Shown: positions 52,543 to 63,561, numbered from the stretch's first letter. The stretch: DNA of 64,000 nucleotides from Spirochaetia bacterium (GCA_963675665.1 OY776510.1:3168001-3232000); one strand, 5' to 3'. Translations and numbers: made by a program. Notes: generated from the sequence alone by a model not told the origin.

Positions 52543-55500
52543 ATGCCTGCAAGAAAAGACTTGAAGAAGATTCTGATAATAGGTTCCGGGCCGATTGTAA
52601 TCGGCCAGGCCTGCGAATTTGATTATTCAGGAACCCAGGCGGTAAAGGCCCTTAAAGAAGAAGGTTACAAGGTTATTCTTGTAAATCCGAACCCGGCCAC
52701 AGTAATGACAACCCCCGGAGTTGCCGATGTCGTCTACATGGAGCCGCTTGAACCGGTGTATGTAGAGGAAATTCTTAAAAAAGAACGGCCCGATGCAATT
52801 CTTCCCACGATGGGAGGGCAGACTGCTCTTAATCTGACGCTTGAGCTTGAAAAGCTCGGAATGCTTGCAAAATATAATGTTGAACTAATCGGCGCCAGTA
52901 CCAGGGCTATCGAGCTGGCTGAAGACCGCCGGCTTTTCAAGGATACCGTAAACGCTATAGGTCTTGATACGCCTTCTTCCACCCTCGTGGATAATATTGA
53001 AGACGGAAAAAAATTCGCAGAAAAAACCGGATTCCCGCTGATTCTTCGACCGAGTTTTACTCTCGGAGGCCGGGGCGGCGCTATTGCTGAAAAGCCTGAA
53101 GATTTTGTTCTGCTTCTTGAAAAAGCGCTTCTTGAAAGTCCATCACACGAATGTCTTATAGAAGAATCGCTGATAGGCTGGAAGGAATTCGAGCTCGAGG
53201 TAATGCGGGACAATGCTGATAATGCAGTAATCGTATGTTCGATTGAGAATATCGACCCGATGGGAATACATACAGGCGATTCAATTACGGTTGCGCCGAT
53301 ACAAACCTTATCCGATACGGAATACCAGGTTATGAGAACGGCGGCCATCGAGACGCTGCGGGCCATAGGAGTCGATTGCGGAGGTTCAAATGTACAGTTT
53401 GCAGTAAACCCTGAAACCGGCAGGATGATAATAATAGAGATGAATCCCCGTGTTTCTCGTTCTTCTGCTCTTGCAAGCAAGGCTACCGGTTTTCCGATAG
53501 CCCGTATTTCAGCAAAGCTGTCGGTGGGTTATACGCTGGATGAAATCATGAATGAGATTACCGCAAAGACCGTATCCTGTTTTGAACCGACGCTTGATTA
53601 TTGTGCCGTAAAAGTGCCGCGCTTTGAGATGGAGAAATTTCCTTCCGGCTACGATACTCTCGGCACTCAGATGAAATCAGTCGGCGAATCTCTCGCACTT
53701 GGAAGGACCTTCCAGGAAGCATTGAATAAAGCGCTCCGTTCCGCCGAATTCGGCTACGACGGTCTGTGTCAGCTGAATATCGGATACGACGGTCTGGATG
53801 AAAAACTGGAAAAACAGCATCCCCTGAGAATTTTTGCAATCTACACAGTGCTGAGTCGCGAGGGTGAACGGGCAATTCCCAAACTGAGTAAAACTACCGG
53901 ATTTGATATATGGTTTTTATACCAGATGCTGGAACAGATTAAACTTGAAGAGAACATAAGTCAGAAGGGTCTTGATCCTGAAAATCTTCTTGAGGCAAAA
54001 CGTTACGGACTGTCGGACAACAGAATAGCCAAAATTGCAGGATTAACCGGTGAAGAAGTTACCGGCATGCGCGATAAAGCGGGTATAAAAGCCGCGTATC
54101 ACTTTGTTGATACCTGCGCCGGCGAGTTTTCGGCCCAGACTCCTTATTTCTACTCTACTTACGGAGAAATTGACGAGGGCGGCGCGCTTGACGAGAATTC
54201 GGTGATAATTCTCGGAAGCGGTCCGAACAGGATAGGCCAGGGGCTTGAATTCGACACATCATGCACTCTTGCGTCGCTTGCATATCAGCGTCAGGGAGTA
54301 AAGACAATACTTGTTAATTCAAACCCGGAGACTGTTTCTACAGATTTTAACGTATCCGATCGACTGTATATTGAGCCGCTGACGTTTGAGTATGTTCAGG
54401 AAATCCTGAAAAAGGAAAATACAAAAAGGGTCGTTGTACAACTCGGAGGTCAGATTCCTCTAAACATTGCGAAAGAACTTGAAGCAGCAGGGGCTGAAAT
54501 TATAGGTACATCGGTAAAAAGTATCTATGATGTTGAAGACCGCGGACTGTTTTCAGCCCTGGTACAGAAACTGGAACTTACTCAGCCCAGAAACAGAATG
54601 GCGGCAAACGCCAATGAAGTCATGAAGTATTCAGAGGAAATAGGATTCCCGGTACTGCTGAGGCCTTCTTTTGTTCTGGGCGGACGCAGCATGTTTATAG
54701 CCTATAAACGCGAGGAGCTTGCAACTTTCCTGCTGCAGGGGCTGGAGATGTCGAAAGAAAAACCGATTCTGGTTGATCAGTTCCTGGAAGACGCCTTCGA
54801 ATATGATGTCGACGCTGTATCGGACGGAAAGAATGTATATATCGCAGGTATTATGCAGCATATAGAAGCAGCGGGCGTGCATTCGGGCGACAGCGCCTGC
54901 GTGTTTCCTCCTTTCAAATCGGAGAAAGATGCCGAAGCTGAAATGATACTGGCGGCACAGAAGATTGCACGTGAACTTGATGTTAAGGGTTTTTTGAATA
55001 TTCAGTTCGCCCTTAAGGACGGAGTTCTGTATGTTCTTGAAGTAAACCCGCGAGCCTCACGGACAATACCGTTTCTATCCAAGGCTTCCGGCGTGGATCT
55101 GATAGACGCGGCGGTAAAAGTCTGGAACGGAGTTAACCTGGAGACACAAGGCCTCACAAAAGGAGGCGTTGGCCGCGGAAAATGTATTACCGGATGGGCT
55201 GTAAAAGAAGCAGTATTTTCATTCGACCGTTTTGCCGGCGAAGACCCGCTTTTAGGCCCTGAAATGAAAAGTACAGGCGAGGTTATCGGAACCGGGGCAA
55301 CATTCGGTGAAGGTTTTGCAAAAGCTTCGATTGCCGCTTCGGTAAACCTTCCGAAACCTTCCGACGGAAAGGTTTTCGTCTCTGTTCACGATCGTGACAA
55401 GGAAACGATTCTGCCCATAATAAAAAAACTGCAGAAGCTTGGTTTCGAGTTTGCATCTACACGCGGAACGGCTGAATTTCTCTTTGCGAACGGAATATGG

Positions 55501-55743
55501 TCTGAGGTTGTAATGAAGGTACACGACGGGCGACCGAATGTAGTTGACCATATGAGGGCCGGCAGAATCAGCCTTTTGATCAATACGCCGATGGGACGGT
55601 TTTCACAGAAGGGTGATCACGATATCAGGATTGAGGCCGTAAGAAGCAAAATCCCGTATACCACAACAACCTCCGCTGCGGAGGCTGCTGCAGTAGGAAT
55701 CAAGCACCTGATGGAAGAAAAACCCCAGGTCCGTGCACTGTAG
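52543..55743 (+). CDS. carB: Carbamoyl-phosphate synthase large subunit
   Basis: [24 protein letters not shown], duplicated ATP-grasp domains, MGS domain. Confidence 0.98.
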   Translation: MPARKDLKKILIIGSGPIVIGQACEFDYSGTQAVKALKEEGYKVILVNPNPATVMTTPGVADVVYMEPLEPVYVEEILKKERPDAILPTMGGQTALNLTLELEKLGMLAKYNVELIGASTRAIELAEDRRLFKDTVNAIGLDTPSSTLVDNIEDGKKFAEKTGFPLILRPSFTLGGRGGAIAEKPEDFVLLLEKALLESPSHECLIEESLIGWKEFELEVMRDNADNAVIVCSIENIDPMGIHTGDSITVAPIQTLSDTEYQVMRTAAIETLRAIGVDCGGSNVQFAVNPETGRMIIIEMNPRVSRSSALASKATGFPIARISAKLSVGYTLDEIMNEITAKTVSCFEPTLDYCAVKVPRFEMEKFPSGYDTLGTQMKSVGESLALGRTFQEALNKALRSAEFGYDGLCQLNIGYDGLDEKLEKQHPLRIFAIYTVLSREGERAIPKLSKTTGFDIWFLYQMLEQIKLEENISQKGLDPENLLEAKRYGLSDNRIAKIAGLTGEEVTGMRDKAGIKAAYHFVDTCAGEFSAQTPYFYSTYGEIDEGGALDENSVIILGSGPNRIGQGLEFDTSCTLASLAYQRQGVKTILVNSNPETVSTDFNVSDRLYIEPLTFEYVQEILKKENTKRVVVQLGGQIPLNIAKELEAAGAEIIGTSVKSIYDVEDRGLFSALVQKLELTQPRNRMAANANEVMKYSEEIGFPVLLRPSFVLGGRSMFIAYKREELATFLLQGLEMSKEKPILVDQFLEDAFEYDVDAVSDGKNVYIAGIMQHIEAAGVHSGDSACVFPPFKSEKDAEAEMILAAQKIARELDVKGFLNIQFALKDGVLYVLEVNPRASRTIPFLSKASGVDLIDAAVKVWNGVNLETQGLTKGGVGRGKCITGWAVKEAVFSFDRFAGEDPLLGPEMKSTGEVIGTGATFGEGFAKASIAASVNLPKPSDGKVFVSVHDRDKETILPIIKKLQKLGFEFASTRGTAEFLFANGIWSEVVMKVHDGRPNVVDHMRAGRISLLINTPMGRFSQKGDHDIRIEAVRSKIPYTTTTSAAEAAAVGIKHLMEEKPQVRAL

Positions 55744-55809
55744 TATTAAATGAAAATATTCTGTATTAATGGCAGATCGCTATAAACTGAAATTTAAACA
55801 GATTGAAAA

Positions 55810-55846
55810 TAACAGGCTGTAGGGATCTTGTCTTTACAGCCTGTTA
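55810..55846. terminator. Long hairpin between convergent genes
   Basis: TAACAGGCTGTAGGGA-TCTTG-TCTTTACAGCCTGTTA. Confidence 0.7.
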
Positions 55847-55852
55847 ACAATT

Positions 55853-56806
55853 TCAGATTCGTCCGATACGTTTCAGAATCTTAAGCACTGAGAGAGTTAG
55901 CAATCTGGAATATTCTTTTTTATTTCCGAAATCCATGGCTTTATAGACCATATAAATGCTTTCAGGTTTAAAACGCAGGGTTTCATCGGTTTTATCAATG
56001 ATGGTATTTATCATCTCGATAAAGCGCTTGTCGTTATGAAGATATTCATATCGGCTGAGCACATCGCTTACATGCAGAATGTTATACCATACATAAGGAT
56101 ATTTCAGTTTCATGAAATCTGTACCTATCCCGAACAGAAAGTGCTTCTTTTGTCCCCTGTTTTCCCAGTGAAAGAGCAACGATTCACATGCACGTTCAGC
56201 CGCCCTGCTTTTAAGGCCTTCCGGAGTTTCACTCAAGGTTCTTGCCGCCAGAACATTGGCATAAGGACAGAAATCATCTTTTCGTCCGGGACCCTTAAAA
56301 TTAAGGATAGATGCTCCGCAACCGTATCCGTTTTCACGTACAAAATTCTCCAGGACAAGAAGTCCCTTATGCAGCTTGTCGCTTTTAACACCCATCTTTA
56401 AAAGAGCTCCCAGGGTAACCGGGAAATCACAGAGCATCCACGCCTTTTCGGTTTTTCCGGATCCTCCAAAAACTTCGGGAATTTCCATCAGAACCAGCGG
56501 AATGCCTTCTAAATTGATATCTTTCAGTATGGATTCTATAACAGGCCTGACGGGGGCATCCTCAGCTTTAACCCCCAGATCAGCCAGCAATGCAAGCCTG
56601 TGAATCAGCAGCTGAGGTCTGCTGTGGTTTTTTAGTTTTTCCTTATTCCAGCTTGTCAGAAGATTAATATTTTCACGAATAAAAGGATCATCAATGAGTT
56701 CAGATCTATCCGTCGGCATTTTTAAAAACTGCTTAACATTATAGCTGATATACGGTTCATCGGCTGAAAGCAGCCAATGACAGGTTTCATTACTGATTTT
56801 TATCAT
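55853..56806 (-). CDS. Conserved hypothetical protein, possible alpha/alpha-toroid (prenyltransferase-like) fold
   Basis: WLL...EP start, LADLG, CPYAN, KLKYPYVWYNILH; 4 nt downstream of the PaaX-like gene. Confidence 0.65.
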   Translation of the reverse strand: MIKISNETCHWLLSADEPYISYNVKQFLKMPTDRSELIDDPFIRENINLLTSWNKEKLKNHSRPQLLIHRLALLADLGVKAEDAPVRPVIESILKDINLEGIPLVLMEIPEVFGGSGKTEKAWMLCDFPVTLGALLKMGVKSDKLHKGLLVLENFVRENGYGCGASILNFKGPGRKDDFCPYANVLAARTLSETPEGLKSRAAERACESLLFHWENRGQKKHFLFGIGTDFMKLKYPYVWYNILHVSDVLSRYEYLHNDKRFIEMINTIIDKTDETLRFKPESIYMVYKAMDFGNKKEYSRLLTLSVLKILKRIGRI

Positions 56807-56810
56807 TTTT

Positions 56811-57593
56811 TCATTCCTCCTGATATATTTTTTCCCAGAATTTTCTGGATTCTTCTTTTGCCTTACTTACGAAAAGGTTGAATTCGTTTCTGAAGATTCC
56901 GGCTTTCCAGTTGTCCGGCAAGAAGCAGTCCGGCAGAAGCGGATCCCTGAAAAGAGTTTTTACTCCTTTGTTGCCTGTTTGAATCATGCTGATAAAAGCA
57001 TGTTCAGGATTATTTTCAACACGGTTTTTTTGTGCCTGCAGCGAATATAAATTCTCTTCATATATTTGATTCAGCTTTTCAAGTTCCCATAGACGAATTA
57101 TAAAATCCTTTGTAAAGTCAATTTCCGGCTTGAAACTGATTAAGCGGGCAGTTTCCTTAATGTAATCTGAATCAAGAATTTCAGAAAAATTCTGTTCCGG
57201 ATGGCACGGCCGTATCCAGAATCCTGAATACAGTGGTTTGAAATGATAATTTACCAGCTTCTTTCTTATCTTGTAGCGATATTGGGATTTTGTTTCGGAG
57301 ATTGAAAAGCATACTCCCCACCACATGCCGTTCCAGCCGGACCAATCCGAAGTTTGAAATCTGAGGGATACATTAGTGCTGATGGTTTGTCCTTTTTTGC
57401 TTCTTGAATAGAATGCCTGTTTTCCTGAACGTCTGTTTGCAAGTATTCCCTTTTTGACCATTCTGCTGAGGGCCGTACGAAGATTTGATTCGGTAATATT
57501 AAAAGGTCCGGTTAAATATTTTAAATCCGTAACCGAAAACTCCTGTTTGTCCAGAGACGCCATTATTCCGAAGATTAATTCACTGTCAAGCAA
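56811..57593 (-). CDS. PaaX-family transcriptional regulator
   Basis: wHTH ESNLRTALSRMVKKG, WNGMW, FWIRP, RLWELEKL, DPLLPDCFLPDNW. Confidence 0.88.
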   Translation of the reverse strand: MLDSELIFGIMASLDKQEFSVTDLKYLTGPFNITESNLRTALSRMVKKGILANRRSGKQAFYSRSKKGQTISTNVSLRFQTSDWSGWNGMWWGVCFSISETKSQYRYKIRKKLVNYHFKPLYSGFWIRPCHPEQNFSEILDSDYIKETARLISFKPEIDFTKDFIIRLWELEKLNQIYEENLYSLQAQKNRVENNPEHAFISMIQTGNKGVKTLFRDPLLPDCFLPDNWKAGIFRNEFNLFVSKAKEESRKFWEKIYQEE

Positions 57594-57805
57594 AACTTTT
57601 ATCCTTAAATATTACAAAATATAAACAATTGTAAAATAAATGTAATATAAGATCAAGTAGCAAAGTAATTGAAAAGATCGATATGGTAAATGTCAATTTT
57701 CCGGGAGTATAAAGCTGTTCAGCAGGATTTATACGGGTGCGGGATTGTTACTTTATGAAGATATTTCACTAAAAAATCAATTGAAAATATAAACGAAATG
57801 ATTAC

Positions 57806-57839
57806 AGGGGCCGTCCACGATTCTTATCGGGCGGCCCCT
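57806..57839. terminator. GC-rich hairpin after cimA
   Basis: AGGGGCCGTCC...GGGCGGCCCCT immediately after the cimA stop. Confidence 0.65.
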
Positions 57840-57844
57840 TATTA

Positions 57845-59419
57845 TTAGAGTTTCTTTTTTCCCCCGTTCATCCGGTTGTAATAATACTCAAAGCTGTCCA
57901 GCAGCGCTTCCCAGGAGGCTTCCACAATATTTTCGGATACGCCCACCGTGTCCCACGAATGTTCATGGTCGGAAGTTGTTATAAAAACCCTTACTTTTGC
58001 AGCAGTTGACTGCTCAGGGTTCAGTACGCGTACTTTATAGTCGACAAGTGAAATCCTGTCGATGAACGAATAAAAAGGTTTCAGAGCGTCTCTGAGGGAT
58101 ATATCAAGAGTTCCTACCGGTCCTATGTCGTTTCCCGAACCCATAACGCTTTTTCCGTTGACATCCAGGAAAATACGGCCGGTTGTTTTCGAAGGGAACC
58201 CTCCGGTTTTAAACGATTCCAGATGGTAGTTATTGAGTTCGGCAATGGGTTTATAGATGCCCAGCTGTTTTCTGACGAGTAGCTCGAATGACGCTTCTGC
58301 CGCTTCGTATTCATAACCGGCGTTTTCACGTTTCTTCAGTTCTTCTATGAGAGAAATAACCTCGGGCGATTTTTTGTTAAAGTTGCCGAAACGGGAGATT
58401 TTCTTGACAATTGTCGATTTGCCCGCAAGTTCGGACACAATAATCCGGCGTTCATTGCCGATTAAACTTCCGGAAAGATGTTCCATCAGTTCTGGCGCCT
58501 TCGATATTACATCGGCATGCTGGCCGGCCTTGTGACTGAATGCAGCTTCGCCTACATAGGGAGCCCGCTTATCCGGAATAATATTGGCTTTTTCTGCTAC
58601 AAATCTTGAAAGACTGGTAAGGTCAGTCAGATTTTCGGCCATATTGATTTGGTAATCCGTTTTAAACGCAATATTGGGCGCAATGGAACAGAGGTTGGCA
58701 TTACCGCAGCGTTCTCCCCAGCCGTTGATTGTTCCCTGAATATGGACGGCGCCGTAATCCAGACTCAGTACCGAGTTTGCCACAGCTGTTCCGCAGTCGT
58801 TGTGATAGTGAACACCAATCGGCGCAAGTTTCTCCTGCGGAAGACCGCTTATAATCGTTATTATTTCAGACGGCAGGGTCCCTCCGTTTGTATCGCAGAG
58901 AACAAGGCAGTCTGCGCCGGCTTTTGTTGCTTCAACCATGATTTCAAGAACAAAATCGGGATCGTCCTTAAAGCCGTCGAAAAAGTGTTCAAGATCCAGA
59001 AAAACTTCGTCGGTATGCTTTTTGCAGTATTCAACCGAATCTACAACCATGGCAAGGTTTTCCGAGATATTTGTGTGTATAACTTTTTCAACATGGGCCT
59101 TCCATGCTTTTCCGACTATGGTTACAGCCGGCATTCCGGTTTCCAGAAGAGCATTAAGCGCCGGATCCTTTTCAGCACTGATACCCGGAGCTCTTGTTGA
59201 ACCGAAAGCGGCAACCTTTGCGTGTTCGAGTTTTTCTTTTTTAATGGCATCGAAAAAGGCCGCTTCCTTTTCATTTGAATACGGAAAACCACCCTCTATG
59301 TAATCGATGCCTATTTCATCAAGAGCTTTTGCAATCTGGATTTTGTCCGTCAGCGTAAAACTTACTTCTATACCCTGCATGCCGTCACGCAGGGTAGTGT
59401 CGTAAAGATCGACTTTCAT
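57845..59419 (-). CDS. cimA: Citramalate synthase
   Basis: YDTTLRDGMQG, YIEGGFP, AFGST, EHFFDGF, GWGERCGNANL, HKAGQH, GYEYEAAEASF, DYKVRVL, WDTVGVSENIVEASW. Confidence 0.92.
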   Translation of the reverse strand: MKVDLYDTTLRDGMQGIEVSFTLTDKIQIAKALDEIGIDYIEGGFPYSNEKEAAFFDAIKKEKLEHAKVAAFGSTRAPGISAEKDPALNALLETGMPAVTIVGKAWKAHVEKVIHTNISENLAMVVDSVEYCKKHTDEVFLDLEHFFDGFKDDPDFVLEIMVEATKAGADCLVLCDTNGGTLPSEIITIISGLPQEKLAPIGVHYHNDCGTAVANSVLSLDYGAVHIQGTINGWGERCGNANLCSIAPNIAFKTDYQINMAENLTDLTSLSRFVAEKANIIPDKRAPYVGEAAFSHKAGQHADVISKAPELMEHLSGSLIGNERRIIVSELAGKSTIVKKISRFGNFNKKSPEVISLIEELKKRENAGYEYEAAEASFELLVRKQLGIYKPIAELNNYHLESFKTGGFPSKTTGRIFLDVNGKSVMGSGNDIGPVGTLDISLRDALKPFYSFIDRISLVDYKVRVLNPEQSTAAKVRVFITTSDHEHSWDTVGVSENIVEASWEALLDSFEYYYNRMNGGKKKL

Positions 59420-60942
59420 TAATTTGCTCCGTTATTATCAAGCATTAGTTTGTATCGGTTCAGTGCCGCTATATAGGCTCTTGCGCTTGCTTTGAGAATG
59501 TCGGTTGAAGAACCCTTGCCCTGGTATTGCTGATCATTGATTGTTACAAGAACAGAAACTTCACCAATGGCCTGTTTGCCGGCTGTTACGGCGTTAACGT
59601 GGTATTCTTCCAGCTTGCCGGTGATGCCGGTTGCTTTATCTATAGCCTGAAAAATAGCGGAGATGGGCCCGTCTCCGGTTGCTGCTTCTTCGGCAACCTG
59701 GTCCTTGATCTTCACCCGTACGGTTGCAGTAGGAATCGAGGCGTTTCCGGTCGTGATGTTGAAATAATCCAGGCTGTAAAAATAAGATTCGGTGCCGAGT
59801 ACGGAACCGGCTATCTGGAGAATGTCTTCATCGTAGACTTCTTTTTTACGGTCTGCAAGTTTGAGAAAAACCTTGAACGCGTTTGCAGTCTGTTCATCGG
59901 TAAGGGCAAGGCCGAGTTTTTTAATACGTTTGGTAAAGCCGTGCTGCCCTGAATGCCTTCCGAGTACAATCTCGCTTTCTTCACGGCCGACCGATTCGGG
60001 GGTCATTATCTCGTAAGTCTCGCGGTGCGAAAGCATACCGTGCTGATGAATGCCTGATTCGTGAGAGAATGCATTAGCGCCGACAATGGGCTTGTTTCGC
60101 GGAATAGGTGATGCGATTATGGTTGAAAGCATTTTTGAAGTGTAATAAAGCTGTTTTGCATCAATGCCGGTTTCAATTTTATGAAGATCCTTTCTTACAT
60201 TCAGCGCCATGACAAGTTCTTCAAGCGCAGCGTTTCCGGCGCGTTCGCCTATACCGTTCATTGATACTTCTGCCTGTCTTGCCCCGTTTTTTACAGCCGA
60301 AAGCGTATTGGCAACAGCCATTCCCAGATCGTTATGATTATGGGTACTTAAAACTGCTTTATCAATGTTCGGAACGTTATTCATAATGGATGAAAAAATG
60401 TGTCCGATCTCGTCAGGCATGGTGTATCCGACAGTATCGGGAACATTAATAACGGTTGCACCTGCATCAATAACAGCTTCAATAATTCTGTAAAGAAAAT
60501 CCAGCTCGGATCTTGTTCCGTCTTCGGGAGAAAATTCAACCTGTGCGAATTTGTTACGTGCATAGGAAACTGCTTTTACGGCATCTTCAACAACACGCTC
60601 AGGCGACATCTTAAGTTTGTACTTCATGTGAATGGGCGATGTTGCAATGAAAGTATGAAGCCGGGTAGTTTCAGCGTCCCTGATTGAATCATAAACAGCG
60701 TCTATATCCTTTTCAACCGCCCGGGCAAGCCCGGCAATTACCGGACCTTTTACATTTTTTGCAATAAGCTTGCTCGCTTCGAACTGGTGGGGCGACGAAA
60801 CCGGAAAACCCGCTTCAATAATATCTACTCCCAGCCTGGCAAGCTGAAGAGCGAATTCGTATTTCTGTTCGATAGTCATCGCTGCGCCCGGCGCCTGTTC
60901 TCCGTCTCTCAGAGTTGTATCAAATATCTGAAGTTTTTCCAT
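59419..60942 (-). CDS. leuA: 2-isopropylmalate synthase
   Basis: FDTTLRDGEQAPG, EAGFP, HNHNDLG, GIGERAGNA, HESGIHQ, LGRHSG, C-terminal regulatory domain. Confidence 0.96.
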   Translation of the reverse strand: MEKLQIFDTTLRDGEQAPGAAMTIEQKYEFALQLARLGVDIIEAGFPVSSPHQFEASKLIAKNVKGPVIAGLARAVEKDIDAVYDSIRDAETTRLHTFIATSPIHMKYKLKMSPERVVEDAVKAVSYARNKFAQVEFSPEDGTRSELDFLYRIIEAVIDAGATVINVPDTVGYTMPDEIGHIFSSIMNNVPNIDKAVLSTHNHNDLGMAVANTLSAVKNGARQAEVSMNGIGERAGNAALEELVMALNVRKDLHKIETGIDAKQLYYTSKMLSTIIASPIPRNKPIVGANAFSHESGIHQHGMLSHRETYEIMTPESVGREESEIVLGRHSGQHGFTKRIKKLGLALTDEQTANAFKVFLKLADRKKEVYDEDILQIAGSVLGTESYFYSLDYFNITTGNASIPTATVRVKIKDQVAEEAATGDGPISAIFQAIDKATGITGKLEEYHVNAVTAGKQAIGEVSVLVTINDQQYQGKGSSTDILKASARAYIAALNRYKLMLDNNGAN

Positions 60943-60944
60943 TT

Positions 60945-61460
60945 TTATTCTCCTTTTAAATCCTTGACAGTTTTTGACGGGGCTGATTTTTTGCCCCTTT
61001 CTATGGATACCAGACCGCTTCTGGCTATTTCAATGATATTTCCGTTCAGAAGTTCTATAAAATCATCTATTTTGCTTTCGTCGCCGGTGATTTCCAGAAT
61101 CATTGCGTTGACGCCGACATCCATGACATTTGCCCTGAAAACCTCTGCAAGCTGTATTATTTCTCCACGATTGCCGTGTACTACAGAAATCTTTATCAGT
61201 GCAAACTGCCGATCAATAGTTGATTTATGAGTCAGATCCGTAACCTTGATGACTTCAATAAGCTTGTTTAACTGTTTTTTTATCTGATCGATTATGGTAT
61301 CATCGCCGCGGCAGACAAGGGTTATTCTGGTAATCTCGGGATCAAGTGTAGGTCCTGAAGAGAAACTTTCAACATTATATCCTCGGCCCGACAGAAGCCC
61401 TGATATCCGTGCAAGAACACCCGCATTATTTTCTACCAATAGTGAAATTACATGATTCAT
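60945..61460 (-). CDS. ilvN: Acetolactate synthase small subunit
   Basis: ISLLVENNAGVLARISGL...GYNVES, KQLNKL, IARSG. Start moved to ATG 61460, SD AAGGAGG. Confidence 0.95.
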   Translation of the reverse strand: MNHVISLLVENNAGVLARISGLLSGRGYNVESFSSGPTLDPEITRITLVCRGDDTIIDQIKKQLNKLIEVIKVTDLTHKSTIDRQFALIKISVVHGNRGEIIQLAEVFRANVMDVGVNAMILEITGDESKIDDFIELLNGNIIEIARSGLVSIERGKKSAPSKTVKDLKGE

Positions 61461-61480
61461 TATTACCTCCTTGAAAATTT

Positions 61481-61556
61481 CCTGCCAAAAGCTGCAACGC
61501 AGCTTAGAGGGCAAGGTTGGGGTAGTGAAGTTTACAGGCAAAGCCTGAAAACTTCA
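61481..61556. repeat. Intergenic palindromes related to the 51040-51229 array
   Basis: AAGCTGC-AAC-GCAGCTT nested in CCTGCC/GGCAAGG, and TGAAGTTTACAGGC-AAA-GCCTGAAAACTTCA. Confidence 0.6.
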
Positions 61557-61562
61557 AAATAA

Positions 61563-63311
61563 TTATTCCTTATCCGTACAGAATACCATCTCTTCCAGTC
61601 CTGCCCCCGGCGGTACCATCGGAAATACATTTGCTTCCGGTTCTATAATGCAGTCTATTATTATCGGACCGTCTTTGATTGTTTCAGCACTGGACAGGGC
61701 TGAATGCAGATCCTCCTCCGTAAGGACCCTGAAACCGGCGGCACCGTAGGCATCCGCAAGTTTTATAAAATCGGGAGTCCCGTCGGGTGTAACAGCCGGC
61801 TGGTTTTTAAGTGCTTCTACATCGTTAAGGTGGGTGGAAGAATAACGTTTCCCGTAAAACATTTCCTGCCACTGGCGTACCATTCCCAGATAACCGTTAT
61901 TCAGGATAAGAATTATAATGGATAATCTGTTTTTTACCGCTGTGGCAAGTTCCTGAAGGTTCATCTGGAAAGAACCGTCTCCGGCAACGGCAATAACACG
62001 CTTGTCGGGGTTTCCTATGGCTGCACCGACTGAAGCCGGAAAACCGTATCCCATAGTGCCCAGGCCACCGGATGTTACAAGGGTACGGGGTTTCTGAAAA
62101 TTCCAGTAAAGCGCCGTCCACATCTGGTTTTGACCTACCTCGGTGGTAACAATAGAATCGGGAAATTTTTCATTTACAATTTTCAGAACCTGGTACGGCA
62201 TAAGGTTGGGTTGCGGTTTTATTTCGGCATTAAACCCCTCGTATGCGTTTTTACATACGGCGTTTTCCTTCCATTTGCCGATGGTACCGAGCCATTCCGG
62301 TCTTTCAACGGTTTCAAGCATAGGCAGCATTTCCGTAAGAACCATACTGCAGTCTCCGACTATGGGAATTTCAACAGGTACGTTTCGGGCAATTGCCGCC
62401 GGATCAATATCAAGATGAATAATTTTTGCGTGAGGAGCAAATTTCTCAAGAGCTCCGGTCGCCCGGTCGTCAAAACGAACGCCTATGCCGAATAAAAGAT
62501 CACAATTTGAAACGGCCATATTAGCAGCATATGTACCGTGCATCCCCAGCATACCGAGGTTGAGTTTGTTCGATGTTTCAAGAGCTCCGATTCCCATCAG
62601 GGAGGTAATAACAGGAATACCGGTTTTCTTAACTATTTCCCTGAAAATCTCAGAAGAATCTCCGACATTTATGCCGCCGCCGGCAAAAAGCAGCGGTTTC
62701 TCAGCATTATTGATAGCTGCCGAAGCGCGTTTAATCTGTCCTTTATGGCCTTTTCCGGGAAAAGAGTAACCGCTAAGGCTTACTGTTTCCGGATAACTGT
62801 CTTCGACAGGCTGGGTAAAGACGTCTTTTGGAATGTCGATAACAACCGGACCGGGTCTTCCTGTAGATGCAATATAAAATGATTCCTTCAGGGTTTTGGC
62901 AAGAATTTCTCTGTCGGTAACGATATAGTTATGTTTTGTAACAGGACGGGTAATCCCGACTACATCAGCTTCCTGAAATGCATCGTTTCCTATCATGCTT
63001 CGCGGAACCTGACCGGAAATACAAACAAGCGGAACGCTGTCAAAATTGGCTGTGGCCAGACCTGTGATGGTATTTGTTGCTCCGGGGCCGCTGGTTACAA
63101 GGCAGACACCGGTTTTTCCTGTTGTACGCGCATAGGCGTCAGCTGCATGCACCGCAGCCTGCTCATGTCGGGTGAGGATTACCCTTATATCCTTCGCTTT
63201 GTAAAGTGTGTCGAATACAGGGATTACAACACCGCCCGGGTAGCCGAAAATAGTATCTATGCCTTCCTTGCGTAGACATTCGATAACCATTTCTGCGCCT
63301 GTATAAACCAT
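61563..63311 (-). CDS. ilvB: Acetolactate synthase large subunit, biosynthetic type
   Basis: FGYPGG, RHEQ, TSGPGATN, GRPGPV, GMLGMHG, SGGLGTMGYG, GDGSFQMN, NNGYLGMVRQWQ. Confidence 0.97.
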   Translation of the reverse strand: MVYTGAEMVIECLRKEGIDTIFGYPGGVVIPVFDTLYKAKDIRVILTRHEQAAVHAADAYARTTGKTGVCLVTSGPGATNTITGLATANFDSVPLVCISGQVPRSMIGNDAFQEADVVGITRPVTKHNYIVTDREILAKTLKESFYIASTGRPGPVVIDIPKDVFTQPVEDSYPETVSLSGYSFPGKGHKGQIKRASAAINNAEKPLLFAGGGINVGDSSEIFREIVKKTGIPVITSLMGIGALETSNKLNLGMLGMHGTYAANMAVSNCDLLFGIGVRFDDRATGALEKFAPHAKIIHLDIDPAAIARNVPVEIPIVGDCSMVLTEMLPMLETVERPEWLGTIGKWKENAVCKNAYEGFNAEIKPQPNLMPYQVLKIVNEKFPDSIVTTEVGQNQMWTALYWNFQKPRTLVTSGGLGTMGYGFPASVGAAIGNPDKRVIAVAGDGSFQMNLQELATAVKNRLSIIILILNNGYLGMVRQWQEMFYGKRYSSTHLNDVEALKNQPAVTPDGTPDFIKLADAYGAAGFRVLTEEDLHSALSSAETIKDGPIIIDCIIEPEANVFPMVPPGAGLEEMVFCTDKE

Positions 63312-63416
63312 ATTTTACTCCTGTTATAAACTCTGCCATGGAAGGCAGGCTGTTGAGCTGAAGTTTTCAAAAAAATGCATGGATGCAGTTTTATGATTCC
63401 TCCTGTTTCCATATTT

Positions 63417-63451
63417 AAAAAAAAACCGCTCTCCCTTCAAGGAAGAACGGT
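63417..63451 (-). terminator. Attenuator terminator upstream of ilvB
   Basis: Minus strand ACCGTTCTTCC-TTGAA-GGGAGAGCGGT followed by a long T-run. Confidence 0.85.
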
Positions 63452-63474
63452 CCGAATAAAAAGTTTTCGGTAAA

Positions 63475-63561
63475 TCAATCTTCCCGCATAGTATGCTTGT
63501 TGAGTAGAATAATAATGCTTAGGATAGAAATAATCGATTTACCTGAAACTGGTCTTTTCAT
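63475..63561 (-). CDS. ilv operon leader peptide (28 aa)
   Basis: MKRPVSGKSIISILSIIILLNKHTMRED*: 6 Ile and 3 Leu within 11 codons, immediately upstream of the terminator. Confidence 0.85.
   Translation of the reverse strand: MKRPVSGKSIISILSIIILLNKHTMRED

Noticed and set aside
1095-63275. Numerous 60-250-aa ORFs antisense to or nested in assigned genes (e.g. 10668..11366, 35696..36331, 43324..43956, 52734..53480)
   Set aside because: Shadow ORFs with no recognisable motifs, overlapping well-supported genes.
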